A DNA stretch of 64,000 bases from an uncultured virus (IMG/VR IMGVR_UViG_3300030372_002239) (IMGVR_UViG_3300030372_002239:1-64000), one strand, 5' to 3'; counted from the stretch's first letter, positions 9,332 to 19,122 are shown. Notes: a model not told the origin generated them from the sequence alone. Program-made: numbers and translations.

Positions 9332-9562
9332 CTATTGTCTATTGAATTTTTCGGCCTCCATTCGATAGCCCTCCCAAATTGTTTTGGCTATCTGCACCGC
9401 CGTTGCGGCTTGGGCTTTTGTGGCTTTCACGCCAAATTCATCAGCGGCGAAATTAGCCGCCGAGAGAAATGCAGACTTCCAAGAACATGAAAGTTCATAA
9501 TCCGCCACGGCATATTTGGCCATTTGCTTGATCTCTGGCGTTGTTAAGTATCTTGGCTTCAT
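9332..9562 (-). CDS. Hypothetical early protein
   Basis: 76 aa ORF with GGAGG upstream. Confidence 0.6.
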   Translation of the reverse strand: MKPRYLTTPEIKQMAKYAVADYELSCSWKSAFLSAANFAADEFGVKATKAQAATAVQIAKTIWEGYRMEAEKFNRQ

Positions 9563-9683
9563 TGCAAAACCCTCCCACCGTCCGCCGCTGGACTCATAAA
9601 GTAGGCCAAAAGAAAAGCGGCCATGCTACCCCAAACGATAAGGGCCAATAGCCCTTGGCCGATTAAATAAATTATATTTTTCA

Positions 9684-9911
9684 TCATTTAACCCTCACCA
9701 AAAGCCCCTTGATTGGGAATTTTTGTTCCTTAACACCAATATCACCGTCGGCATAGGTATGGCCGGGAAAAAACGCTTGAAATTTTGCCCCACCAATCCA
9801 CACGACGCCCGGCTCGTCGACGTAGTGGTATGCGTTCGATCCGTCTTTAAGATAATAAGTTTGCGACTCGTCTACCGTGTCGCCCGTTTGGAATGGGATA
9901 ACTTGTTTCAT
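9684..9911 (-). CDS. Hypothetical early protein
   Basis: Coupled to upstream ORF. Confidence 0.6.
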   Translation of the reverse strand: MKQVIPFQTGDTVDESQTYYLKDGSNAYHYVDEPGVVWIGGAKFQAFFPGHTYADGDIGVKEQKFPIKGLLVRVK

Positions 9912-10114
9912 GCTTCGGCAATCTCCGCGAATTTTTGTTTCACAAGTTTATTTTGAAAACTGCATTTGGCCACGCCATGCGCGGCGATAATGTCGAGCTT
10001 TCGCGGTGTTAGTTTTTCGCCTTTGCGGAATAAAACTTCCCCGGCTTTGATATGACACGGGGCTGGATTCCCCACGAATATCGAACGCAAGTTGAATTGT
10101 TCTTTTGTTATCAT
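9908..10114 (-). CDS. Hypothetical early protein (first gene of leftward block)
   Basis: ATG at 10114 just downstream of predicted promoter. Confidence 0.55.
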   Translation of the reverse strand: MITKEQFNLRSIFVGNPAPCHIKAGEVLFRKGEKLTPRKLDIIAAHGVAKCSFQNKLVKQKFAEIAEA

Positions 10115-10152
10115 TTCACATTTTTTTGGCCGGTGTATCCGGCACGGGTCAA

Positions 10153-10180
10153 AGTGTGCCATTTAATTCGCTAATGTCAA
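10153..10180 (-). promoter_or_regulatory. Sigma70-type early promoter
   Basis: TTGACA-N13-TG-N-CACACT at head of early block. Confidence 0.55.
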
Positions 10181-10291
10181 TAAAGTTTTTTTAATTATTT
10201 TTGACAAGGTGCATTTTACCCCCGGTTTCATTGACTAAAATTAACGAAATTTTTTTTTGACATGAGCGAATAGCCGGGAAAACTTGGCGTC

Positions 10292-10327
10292 AGTTTTTAA
10301 TGGTTTTAGATAGTTTTAATCGGTTTT
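10292..10327. repeat. Four RGTTTT repeats at exact 10-bp spacing before first late gene
   Basis: Copies at 10292, 10302, 10312, 10322. Confidence 0.7.
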
Positions 10328-10330
10328 CAC

Positions 10331-10900
10331 ATGGCGGGAAATAAGAACTCAGGCAACCGAAACCCACCGGCAAACAAAACCCCAATTGATAAGGAAAAAG
10401 AAATTTTATCACACTTGAAAAAAGGGAAGGGCATCCGCGAAACCGCGGCCTTGGCCGAAGTGGGGCGAAACACCGTTGAGCGCATCCGATACGAAAACGC
10501 TGAAGACTTGCCCAAGTGGAAGAAAAAGACTCAGGAAAACATGATGCGCGTCCATTCAAAACTACTGGACAAGCTGGAAGACTCAATCGACGAATTAGAA
10601 CCCAATTCAAAAAACTTGGCCCAAGTTTCCATTAGTATAGGGATTATATCCGACAAATTGAAAGACAGCTTGCAAAACGGCCAGCAAACTATCGAGCACC
10701 GGCACGTTCACATTAACCACGGTGATTTGAATTCATTGCTAACGGATAAAAACACCGCTAGCAATACCGCAAACACTAAAGAAAAAGACAATCAACCAGA
10801 AACACGGCACACTCCGACCACGGCGGCAGATATTATTGACATTGAGCCGCAAAAAGAATCACAGCACGAATCACAGACGGGGGGAGGGGGTTCGCGCTAA
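10331..10900 (+). CDS. HTH protein, candidate terminase small subunit
   Basis: HTH-like GIRETAALAEVGRNTVERIR; first gene of packaging operon. Confidence 0.55.
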   Translation: MAGNKNSGNRNPPANKTPIDKEKEILSHLKKGKGIRETAALAEVGRNTVERIRYENAEDLPKWKKKTQENMMRVHSKLLDKLEDSIDELEPNSKNLAQVSISIGIISDKLKDSLQNGQQTIEHRHVHINHGDLNSLLTDKNTASNTANTKEKDNQPETRHTPTTAADIIDIEPQKESQHESQTGGGGSR

Positions 10901-10958
10901 TCGCCTCGCCTTACTATATAATGGGTTTTAGCGTCATAAAAATTTTTACAAAAAGGCG

Positions 10959-11336
10959 ATGAAAGAGACAGAACTTGCAGCATTTCTCGGAGTACCACGG
11001 CAGCAGATAGTCGCAGTCCGTAAGGAAAACCCCGAACACACCTTCAAGGTAGGCCGGGCAATCCACTGGACATCAGACGGCAAAGCCTTTCTCTACAAAG
11101 AACTCGGACTGGATAAGCCGCTGGAACCCGAAACCCCAAAAGAAACAACCGCAACCACCCAACGCTGTTATTTCCCAAACCGCCATTTGGTGGAGGCCAA
11201 ACTCAAAGACGGCAAAATAATCCTAGTCCGCGTAAAAGACTCACATATGTACGTCCCAAAAATGGAAATACCCGTAAAACCGGACGGCAACGGCTGGACA
11301 GTTACGCGGCATCCAAAGCGACGAGGCCGAATATGA
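10959..11336 (+). CDS. Hypothetical protein with N-terminal HTH-like segment
   Basis: ETELAAFLGVPRQQI; upstream of terminase. Confidence 0.6.
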   Translation: MKETELAAFLGVPRQQIVAVRKENPEHTFKVGRAIHWTSDGKAFLYKELGLDKPLEPETPKETTATTQRCYFPNRHLVEAKLKDGKIILVRVKDSHMYVPKMEIPVKPDGNGWTVTRHPKRRGRI

Positions 11337-11551
11337 ACGAGCAACGACAGGAAGAAGCCTTCAAAGACGCGCTGACTGACTTGGTTCAGCGATTCTATGA
11401 TGAGTTTGATCTGTCGTACCCGCAAATGGTGGGCATTCTGGAGATGACCAAGCAGGAGATTTTGGCCGACGTTGGAGAATACGTTACGCTGGATCAGATA
11501 GACGTTGAGGTGGACGACGAGGACGAAGACCCACCAAACATACCGGAATAA
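11333..11551 (+). CDS. Small acidic protein, homologue of 25327..25482
   Basis: EFDLSYPQMVGILEMTK versus ELDLTAEQLIGSLEVAK. Confidence 0.7.
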   Translation: MNEQRQEEAFKDALTDLVQRFYDEFDLSYPQMVGILEMTKQEILADVGEYVTLDQIDVEVDDEDEDPPNIPE

Positions 11552-13182
11552 TGGCATTCACCCCCACACCACATCCAGTGCTTGTCGTGCCGTCGCAAGA
11601 CAAAATCCGCTCGTTTGTGGAGCGCGGGGAAGAAGGCACGGCGGAACTGGCCCGCATACTGGAGCAACGGGAAGAACTAATCCGACTGGAGAAGGACGAC
11701 CCCTACCGCTATGGATACGAACCCCCACACTGGAACGATGCCGACGAACTCTGGAAAGGCTGCGGCGAACTTCTAATCCAAGGAGGCAACCGCGCTGGAA
11801 AGTCAGAATTTGCCGCGAAACGCATCGTGCAAATGATGACGGCAAAGAAAGGCGCGAAGGTGTGGGTGCTGGGAATGACGGCGCAATCCAGTATCCGCGA
11901 TCAGCAACAACTGGTTTACAAATACATCCCGACCGAGTGGAAGAACATTAAGAAGGGCAAAGTCCAGAACGTGAGTTTTAGCCAGAAAAATGGCTTCACC
12001 GAAAACACCTTCATTCTCCCAAATGGCTCGCAATGTTGGTTTATGAATTATAGCCAAGAAATGCGAGTGATCGAGGGCGGCGAGGTGGACATGATCTGGT
12101 GTGATGAGCTTGTACCGTTGACTTGGATTGAGACGCTGCGATTTCGGCTGGTTACGCGGGCTTCAAGCCACGAACTATCTGGTCGTTTACTACTCACCTT
12201 CACCCCCGTTGACGGATACACGCCGACCGTGAAGGAATATCTGTCTGGATTTAGAGTGCTGGAAACGCGCCCAAGTCCGCTTCTCCCTGACACCGTAAAT
12301 GTGCCGGGCTGCCCCGCTGGAACCATGCCGTACACGGCGCAGTGTAGAAAACCCAACTCCCGCGCCATGTGGTTCTACACGGACATGAACCCGTACAACC
12401 CTTATGAGGAAATGAAGAAAACTCTCAAGGGCGAGAACAGCATACAGATTAAGTTGCGGGCGTATGGGTTTGCGGAGAATTTGTCGGGGAATCAGTTTCC
12501 AAAGTTTTGCGACTCGCACATTCTGGAAGCCGACAAAATCCCCGAACACGGAACCAACTACATGGCAGTTGACCCGGCTTGGAACCGCAACTGGTTTTGC
12601 CTCTGGATTCGCGTGGACGACCGGGGGCGCAAATTCGTATACCGAGAATGGCCAAATCGTCACGACTATGGAGAGTGGGCAGTGCCGGGGGAGAAGATGG
12701 ATGGGAGTCCCGGCCCGGCGCAGAGTGTTGGGGCTGGGCGCGGCCTACCCGAAGTGAAGGAAATTATTGGCGAACTGGAAAACGGGGAAGATATAGAAGC
12801 CAGATACATAGACCCCCGCGCTGGAGCTTCGCAAGCCGCTGGGCGCGAGGGCGGCACAAGCATCATTGATCTGTTAGGGGAAGGGGAAGACCCGATGTAT
12901 TTTGAGCAAGCCGCTGGAATCTCAGTGGCGAACGGACTCACCATTGTAAATGATTGGTTGAATTTTAATCAGTCTGAGCCAGTCACGGCAGTTAATGAGC
13001 CAAATCTCTATGTGAGCGAGGAATGCGGCAATCTCATATATAGCTTGCAGGAATGGACTGGAAAAGACGGGGAGAAGGGCGCGAGCAAAGACCCAATAGA
13101 CACGCTCCGCTACCTTGCCGTAATGGAACCGATTCATGTGACTGAACTCACGTTTGCCGCGTCTGGAGGGGGAGGATATTGA
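11551..13182 (+). CDS. terL: Terminase large subunit
   Basis: Walker A GGNRAGKS, Walker B MIWCDE, coupling motif TFTP, nuclease AVDP and DPIDTLRY. Confidence 0.92.
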   Translation: MAFTPTPHPVLVVPSQDKIRSFVERGEEGTAELARILEQREELIRLEKDDPYRYGYEPPHWNDADELWKGCGELLIQGGNRAGKSEFAAKRIVQMMTAKKGAKVWVLGMTAQSSIRDQQQLVYKYIPTEWKNIKKGKVQNVSFSQKNGFTENTFILPNGSQCWFMNYSQEMRVIEGGEVDMIWCDELVPLTWIETLRFRLVTRASSHELSGRLLLTFTPVDGYTPTVKEYLSGFRVLETRPSPLLPDTVNVPGCPAGTMPYTAQCRKPNSRAMWFYTDMNPYNPYEEMKKTLKGENSIQIKLRAYGFAENLSGNQFPKFCDSHILEADKIPEHGTNYMAVDPAWNRNWFCLWIRVDDRGRKFVYREWPNRHDYGEWAVPGEKMDGSPGPAQSVGAGRGLPEVKEIIGELENGEDIEARYIDPRAGASQAAGREGGTSIIDLLGEGEDPMYFEQAAGISVANGLTIVNDWLNFNQSEPVTAVNEPNLYVSEECGNLIYSLQEWTGKDGEKGASKDPIDTLRYLAVMEPIHVTELTFAASGGGGY

Positions 13183-13373
13183 GCATATACGAACTACCAA
13201 TTTTGGTGAAGCCAGCCGACGTTGTGAGCGTAACGGGGTTGAGCCGCCGAGAACTACTTTTACTGGAGAAAGCTAAAGTGTTGAGCGTTTTTAGAACGAC
13301 TGGAAACCAACGCCGCTTCTACCGGGACGAAATAATTAAACTTTTGAAAGAACAAAAAAATGGAAACAACTGA
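13179..13373 (+). CDS. Stand-alone MerR/Xis/BldC-like winged-HTH protein
   Basis: 64 aa; wing motif FRTTGNQRRFYRDEI. Confidence 0.75.
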   Translation: MSIYELPILVKPADVVSVTGLSRRELLLLEKAKVLSVFRTTGNQRRFYRDEIIKLLKEQKNGNN

Positions 13374-15453
13374 TAAGTTGGCAATGGCGAGTGAATCGCC
13401 GGACATACGAGAACTGGCAGCGGAATATAGTCGTAGTTTACACGATGGAGAGTCGCTGGAAAAAGTGTCTGCCGTAGATGATGTGCGTTATACGCGGTGG
13501 GAAGGACAAACGGACGATGGGCGCAAGCACAGTGAACACTTGCCCGATGGGAATGAGGCTTTCCCGTGGGAAGGCGCGAGCGACACCCGCATCCCGTTGG
13601 CCGATCAAATCATCAACGACTCCGTGGACGTATTAACCACTGGATTTAGCAGGGCAACGCTGAAGATTGGCGGAACCGAGATAGGCGACGTTGAAACTGC
13701 CGCCGTGGCGAACAACATGATGCGGTGGCAGCGCGACACCAAACTCTACCACACGCTAAATCGCGAGGCCGAACTACTGGCTCAATACGGTCAACAATAT
13801 GGTTGGAGCGTTTTGTTTGTTGGATGGGAGCAGAAAAGCGCAGTTAAGGCGCGGACGCTGACGATGCAGGAGATTGAGCAGTTGGCCGCGCAATCCGAGG
13901 GGGAACTTAATGCGCTACCGGAAATGATAGCCGACCCCGAACAGGAGGAACAAGTTGCCGAGATTCTGCAAATGCAGTCGCCGGGGATGAGTATGAAGCG
14001 GGCGAGGGAAGCCGTTGTGGAGTTGAGGCTGGAAGGGGAGACACAAGTACCACAAGCCTACTTGGCCACGAACCAGCCCGTGGTAGCTGCGCTCAAGCCT
14101 TGGGAGGAAGTAAGTCTGCCGCCAGAGACGACGGACTTGCAATCGGCGCGAGTTATATTTAGGCGCGTGTTTTTGAATGAGGTGGAGTTGCGGGCCAAGA
14201 TTGTGGACGAGGGCTGGAACGAAGACTGGGTGGATTCAACAGTTAAGACTGCGGGCAAGTCTACGGAGTTCCACGACTTCAGCCAAACAATATCAGACAT
14301 GACTTCCAGCCACATTGACCGGCAAGACAATCTGATAGAAGTGGTTTACGCATACACCCGACAACTGGACGACAATGGCATACCGGGAATCTACTACACG
14401 GTGTTTAGTCCAATGGCGCAATCAGATGACGAGGGCAACGACACCTTTGCCAAGCACGAACTACTGGATTACGCGCATTGCCGCTACCCATTTGTGGAAT
14501 ACCGGCGCGAACGCCTAAAACGCCGCATCACGGAGAGCCGTGGAGTGCCAGAGATTTGCAGCACTTGGCAGGACGAAATTAAAACTCAACGAGACGCCGT
14601 ATATGACTCAACCAGTTTTGAAACGCTGCCGCCAATCATGGTGAATAAGCGGCTGGGTCTTGCGAATAAGATTGGCCCGGCAGTGCAGTTGCCAGTGATG
14701 AAGGCTGGAGATTATGAGTTTATGCGACCCCCGGCTCGCCAGCCCAGCACTGCATTTAATCTAATAGAGGCAGTGGAAAGGCAAGCGGACGAATACTTCG
14801 GTCGTGCGAACCCGGCAATCGCGCCAGCCCAAACCCAACTCAAGCAACAGCGCATGGTGAATAACTGGCTAACCGTCTGGACAGAAGCGTATCAGCAAAT
14901 GTTCCAGTTGAGTTTGCAGTATTTGTCGCCAGAGGAAATTAGCCGAATCACTGGAACCGACATAGTGCCGCCGAGCGATATGTACCAGTTTGATTTTGTG
15001 TTGAAGTTCGATGTGCGGGAACTGGACACAGACTTCGTAAATTCCAAACTCTCCAACATCGCGCAGTATGTTGTGCCGCAGGATGTGAGTGGAGTGCTGG
15101 ATAGGAACAAACTAATCTCCATGATAACGCGGGCTATTAGTCCCGACATTGCGGAGGAACTGGTGATTGACCAAGCCCCGGCATCGCAGAAGATGTATGA
15201 GGAAGTGAAGTCGCAAGTTGGTCAGATGATGTTGGGTAACGAACCTTCCTACACGGAGAAAGACCCAGCGGCTCAGGCCAAACTCCAATACTTGCAAGAG
15301 ATAATGAGCCGCAACCCGAAAGCGCAAGCCGCATTGGAAGGCGACGAACTATTCGGGCAGTTAATAGAAAACTACACCAAAAACCTCCAAATGTCCGTGA
15401 TGCAGCAGCAAAACGCGCAGATTGGACGCATTGGAGTTAATCAAATTACATGA
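13360..15453 (+). CDS. Portal protein
   Basis: 697 aa after terminase; FPWEGASD motif; Q-rich C-terminus. Confidence 0.85.
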   Translation: METTDKLAMASESPDIRELAAEYSRSLHDGESLEKVSAVDDVRYTRWEGQTDDGRKHSEHLPDGNEAFPWEGASDTRIPLADQIINDSVDVLTTGFSRATLKIGGTEIGDVETAAVANNMMRWQRDTKLYHTLNREAELLAQYGQQYGWSVLFVGWEQKSAVKARTLTMQEIEQLAAQSEGELNALPEMIADPEQEEQVAEILQMQSPGMSMKRAREAVVELRLEGETQVPQAYLATNQPVVAALKPWEEVSLPPETTDLQSARVIFRRVFLNEVELRAKIVDEGWNEDWVDSTVKTAGKSTEFHDFSQTISDMTSSHIDRQDNLIEVVYAYTRQLDDNGIPGIYYTVFSPMAQSDDEGNDTFAKHELLDYAHCRYPFVEYRRERLKRRITESRGVPEICSTWQDEIKTQRDAVYDSTSFETLPPIMVNKRLGLANKIGPAVQLPVMKAGDYEFMRPPARQPSTAFNLIEAVERQADEYFGRANPAIAPAQTQLKQQRMVNNWLTVWTEAYQQMFQLSLQYLSPEEISRITGTDIVPPSDMYQFDFVLKFDVRELDTDFVNSKLSNIAQYVVPQDVSGVLDRNKLISMITRAISPDIAEELVIDQAPASQKMYEEVKSQVGQMMLGNEPSYTEKDPAAQAKLQYLQEIMSRNPKAQAALEGDELFGQLIENYTKNLQMSVMQQQNAQIGRIGVNQIT

Positions 15454-15674
15454 TGCAAAACCTAACAGTGTTCCAATGGCAGGGGGAAAACCAACTTTGG
15501 GACGCTATACTACAAAATCTGGATGCCGCCATTGATGTGGAGTTGGTGACGGCAGTGGGTTCAGAGATCGAGGGCGAGGCGCGAGTACAGCAATGTGGTC
15601 GAGCCGATGGACTTCTGGACTTCAAAAGTCATTTGGTTGAGTTGCGTGATACTGCGATGTCCAAGCTCAACTAG
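15450..15674 (+). CDS. Small post-portal protein
   Basis: Coupled to portal. Confidence 0.65.
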   Translation: MMQNLTVFQWQGENQLWDAILQNLDAAIDVELVTAVGSEIEGEARVQQCGRADGLLDFKSHLVELRDTAMSKLN

Positions 15675-15704
15675 GTGTAGGCATAGGTGTGTGTTCCATA
15701 GACA

Positions 15705-15740
15705 GCCGCTCATCCTTCGGGGTGGGCGGTTTTTTATTTT
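15705..15740 (+). terminator. Rho-independent terminator
   Basis: GCCGCTCATCC-TTCG-GGGTGGGCGGT stem with TTCG loop and T tract. Confidence 0.85.
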
Positions 15741-15742
15741 CA

Positions 15743-15778
15743 AAAACTAATCAAAACTATTCAAAACTATATAAAACT
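15743..15778. repeat. Four AAAACT repeats at exact 10-bp spacing before scaffold gene
   Basis: Copies at 15743, 15753, 15763, 15773. Confidence 0.75.
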
Positions 15779-15897
15779 GCACACATATAGCAGTTAGTTT
15801 TCGACTTCCCACTCTCCCCTTCGTTTATAGCGGCTGAAAGGTTTTCTGCGTAAACCTACAAACGCTGCCAGCCCAACTTGCGGGGCTATAAATCAGC

Positions 15898-16965
15898 ATG
15901 AGCGATAAGACAATTGCCGACAGTGGCGCGGCACAAGTGGAAGCCACAACGAACATTGGTGAACTATTGGACACCGATGGTTTAGCGAACCAACTGGAAA
16001 GGTTGTTGGATAGCGAACCGGAAGAAGCACCGGCTTCTAACGAAGAAAACGCTAACGAGGAACTTCCTCCCGATGAAGGCGAGTCGAGTGACGCGCTGGA
16101 GGATGAGGAAAGTGCCGAAGAAACTGCTCTTTCTCAGAACGAAGATGAACCTGCGGAGGCTGAACCGGCTTTAGACGCAGATGAGGACGGTGTGGAGGAA
16201 CAGGCCGAGGGCGACAACCCCAACAAAGGCTTGTTAAAGCGCATTGACAAACTCACTGCAAAAAGGCGGGAAGCTGAAGGCAAGGTGGATTCACTGGAAT
16301 CGGAGGTCGCCAAATTACGCGCTGAACTAGACGCCAAGGAGGAACTTCCCACCGTACCAGCAAGTGACGCATCCAATCCATACTCGCACCTAAATTCGGT
16401 GCAAGCGGTTGAAAAGGAATTAGATCAAGCCGAGGAAGTATTGGAGTGGTGCGAGGACAACGCGGATGGCGCGGTGGTTAAAAACTCAAAGGGCGAGGAA
16501 ATAGAATACAGTGCAGAAGATATTCGCGGAGTTAAGAAAAATGCGCGGAAAGCACTCAAGCGTCATTTGCCCAAGCGACTGGAATACTTGAAGGAGGAAT
16601 CGGAGGTAGCAGGACAAGTGGAGGAAGTCTTTCCATACTGGAAGGACAAGTCTTCACAAAGCTACCAAGAAGCCATGCAAATCCTTCGGAATCGCCCCGA
16701 TTTGCGAAACCACCCTACATGGAAAGCGGACGTAAGTATGTTTTTGCTGGGTCTGCAATCATATAGGGAAATGGTGAATAACACTGGAGCGAAAAAGGCT
16801 GCGAAGAAGGAAGTGAAGGCTGCGCCTAAACAACCGGCTGCGCCCGCTGCCGCTCCAGCACAAAAGAATCCGACTAAAGCCCGTTCAGCCGCCGCTAGGA
16901 AAAATTTTGGTTCTGATAGTTCAGTGGAGACTTTGGCCAATATATTAGAATCGGACTATGTATAG
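15898..16965 (+). CDS. Capsid scaffolding protein
   Basis: Acidic N-terminus, KRIDKLTAKRREAE coiled coil, position before capsid gene. Confidence 0.75.
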   Translation: MSDKTIADSGAAQVEATTNIGELLDTDGLANQLERLLDSEPEEAPASNEENANEELPPDEGESSDALEDEESAEETALSQNEDEPAEAEPALDADEDGVEEQAEGDNPNKGLLKRIDKLTAKRREAEGKVDSLESEVAKLRAELDAKEELPTVPASDASNPYSHLNSVQAVEKELDQAEEVLEWCEDNADGAVVKNSKGEEIEYSAEDIRGVKKNARKALKRHLPKRLEYLKEESEVAGQVEEVFPYWKDKSSQSYQEAMQILRNRPDLRNHPTWKADVSMFLLGLQSYREMVNNTGAKKAAKKEVKAAPKQPAAPAAAPAQKNPTKARSAAARKNFGSDSSVETLANILESDYV

Positions 16966-16988
16966 TCCAAATTAGGGGGAAATAACAA

Positions 16989-18026
16989 ATGGCACTTCTT
17001 TTAGAAAGAACGTATGGCACAGCTTCACAGTCTGGAGCTAGAGAGGATTTGTCTAACCTTATCGCAAATGTTGACGCTAAATCTACTGTTTTTAGTAGTA
17101 TGGCAAAAAAGGGCAAGAAGCCCGGCAACGTGCTGATGAGTTGGCAGATGGATGAGTACGAAACTCCAACAGCGGCGGGAACCATTGATGGAACTGACGT
17201 AACGGCAGCAAACTTGGTATCGGATGCAACCGCTAACCCCGGTAGACATCGTGCATTGGCACAAAACTACGCCCAAATTTTTAGGCGGTCGTTTCGTATT
17301 TCGAGTTTGGCAAATGAGATTCAAGTTGTTGCTGGTATAAAGTCAGAACTTGCAAACGGTATTGCCAAGAAGTTGGTTGAGTTGAAGCGCGACATGGAAC
17401 TTACGTTCTTAAACGACGCCGACGCTCAACTTGATACGGGGTCTGCTCCATATTTAACTAAATCTATGGGTTCGTTCCTACACGCTTCTGGAACTGGTGG
17501 CGGTGGGTCTGATCTAACTGTTGACGCTGATTTTCGCAATAACGCAAACACCACCGCAAAAGCAGATGAGGTAACGGAGTCAATCGTTCAGAACATACTA
17601 AAACAGCTTTTCGAGAACACGGGTACAATTCGTGACTACGACTTGCTTTGCGGTACTGCGTTGAAGCGCACATTCACATCGTTCACGCAGTCTGCAACTG
17701 GTAGTGCTGATCGTCTTGCCATCAAGACCTTTAACACAGAGTCTTCGGAAAAAGCATTTATCAATGTTATTGATGTTTTTGAAGGCGACTTTGGCCGCTT
17801 GCGGTTACACCCCTCAACTTTTATAGCCGAGGGCGGAACCGCAGTGAACTTCAAGGGATACGTTATTCCGTTTGACCAAGTGGAAATTCGCTACGGCAAA
17901 CTTCCGCAGATCAAAGAGTTGACGGACAACGGTGGAGGCCCGGCTAGGCTCATAGAGGCAGTCGCCGCGCTCGTAGTCTACAATCCCAAAGCATTTGGGT
18001 ATTTTGACTGCGCGTCTGCTACATAA
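16989..18026 (+). CDS. Major capsid protein (DUF5309-like)
   Basis: REDLSNLIANVD, NYAQIFR, ELKRDME and EGDFG motifs; 345 aa after scaffold. Confidence 0.85.
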   Translation: MALLLERTYGTASQSGAREDLSNLIANVDAKSTVFSSMAKKGKKPGNVLMSWQMDEYETPTAAGTIDGTDVTAANLVSDATANPGRHRALAQNYAQIFRRSFRISSLANEIQVVAGIKSELANGIAKKLVELKRDMELTFLNDADAQLDTGSAPYLTKSMGSFLHASGTGGGGSDLTVDADFRNNANTTAKADEVTESIVQNILKQLFENTGTIRDYDLLCGTALKRTFTSFTQSATGSADRLAIKTFNTESSEKAFINVIDVFEGDFGRLRLHPSTFIAEGGTAVNFKGYVIPFDQVEIRYGKLPQIKELTDNGGGPARLIEAVAALVVYNPKAFGYFDCASAT

Positions 18027-18032
18027 TCAGAT

Positions 18033-18424
18033 ATGTACGCCCCCGAAGGATTAAGCGATGAAATGGCTTCCCTTGTGGGGGAATCGCTTCGGAAACGGTT
18101 GGCTCGCAATCCGATGCGGTTGCTAGAGAAGCGAGAAAAGAGTCTCGTACCTCTAGTATAGGCCAACACCGGGCAAGAATTGAATCAACGTCGTATCATT
18201 ACTGGGGCAAACGCCTTGGATACGATTGCTGGAACGACCGCAAATTCTTAAAAGAATATCTGCGCGACAATCCAGAGAGCCGAGTCAAGTCCGTGAGTGG
18301 AAAAACCCAAGTAGGATACGGAAGCAACAAACCCCTTGGATACTACGACACTCCAGTTGGACGAGTCACCTTCCGTAAAGTATATGGGAGAAATCCGCGA
18401 GTAGAGGTAGATGCAAACGCTTGA
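18033..18424 (+). pseudogene. Post-capsid gene split by a -1 frame break between about 18075 and 18110
   Basis: ATG frame stops at 18161; the -1 frame is open from 18062 to 18424 and encodes YHYWGKRLGYDCWNDRKFLKEYLRDNPE. Confidence 0.55.
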
Positions 18425-19121
18425 GTTTAAATTTGTCCTAAACGGTGTGGCGCAACTAGCCGGGCTGGATAGGGACAATCTGCCTACTCACTTTTTTAAG
18501 CAAGTCCGCGACTTGGCAAACCAGCGGCTTGCAGTTGCTTGGGAAACTGAACGCTGGCCGAGCTTGGTACGAGTGGAAAGCGCAACCGTTACAACGGCGA
18601 GCGACATAAGCACGGCCCCGTACCCGACAACGGCTGGAATGATATTACAAGTATATCAGAAGGAGCCGCGAGCAACGACAAACGCAATTCCAGTAGCCTA
18701 CTCGCTCTACGACACTGGAACCGCACAACAAATAATATTACAGAGCAACGACACACCAGTTTATGTGGAGTTCAAGATCACGCGCCCAAATCTGACTGGA
18801 GACACATTTAGTTCCAGCACAGACTATGGGGTAAACGATCAAGTCTACTACTCCCCAACTGGACAATTTTACGACATGACCACAGATGCGGCGGCTGGAG
18901 TTCTGCCAACCGACACATCCAAATGGACAGTTGTAAAAATACCAAAGATTTTTGAATCGTATTTAATACGAGGAATTTATGCTGACTACCTCCGCGCAAA
19001 CGGCCAACTGGAAGTAGCCGCAATGGAAGACAGAACTGCCGAAGCATTCCTAACCGTGGAAGCGGACAAGGTGTATCGGCAACAAGGCCAAGTTAAGAAA
19101 TTAAATTTTATAGGATACTAA
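18411..19121 (+). CDS. Putative head-tail adaptor / tail tubular protein
   Basis: Size and position after capsid genes. Confidence 0.5.
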   Translation: MQTLEFKFVLNGVAQLAGLDRDNLPTHFFKQVRDLANQRLAVAWETERWPSLVRVESATVTTASDISTAPYPTTAGMILQVYQKEPRATTNAIPVAYSLYDTGTAQQIILQSNDTPVYVEFKITRPNLTGDTFSSSTDYGVNDQVYYSPTGQFYDMTTDAAAGVLPTDTSKWTVVKIPKIFESYLIRGIYADYLRANGQLEVAAMEDRTAEAFLTVEADKVYRQQGQVKKLNFIGY

Positions 19122-19122
19122 A

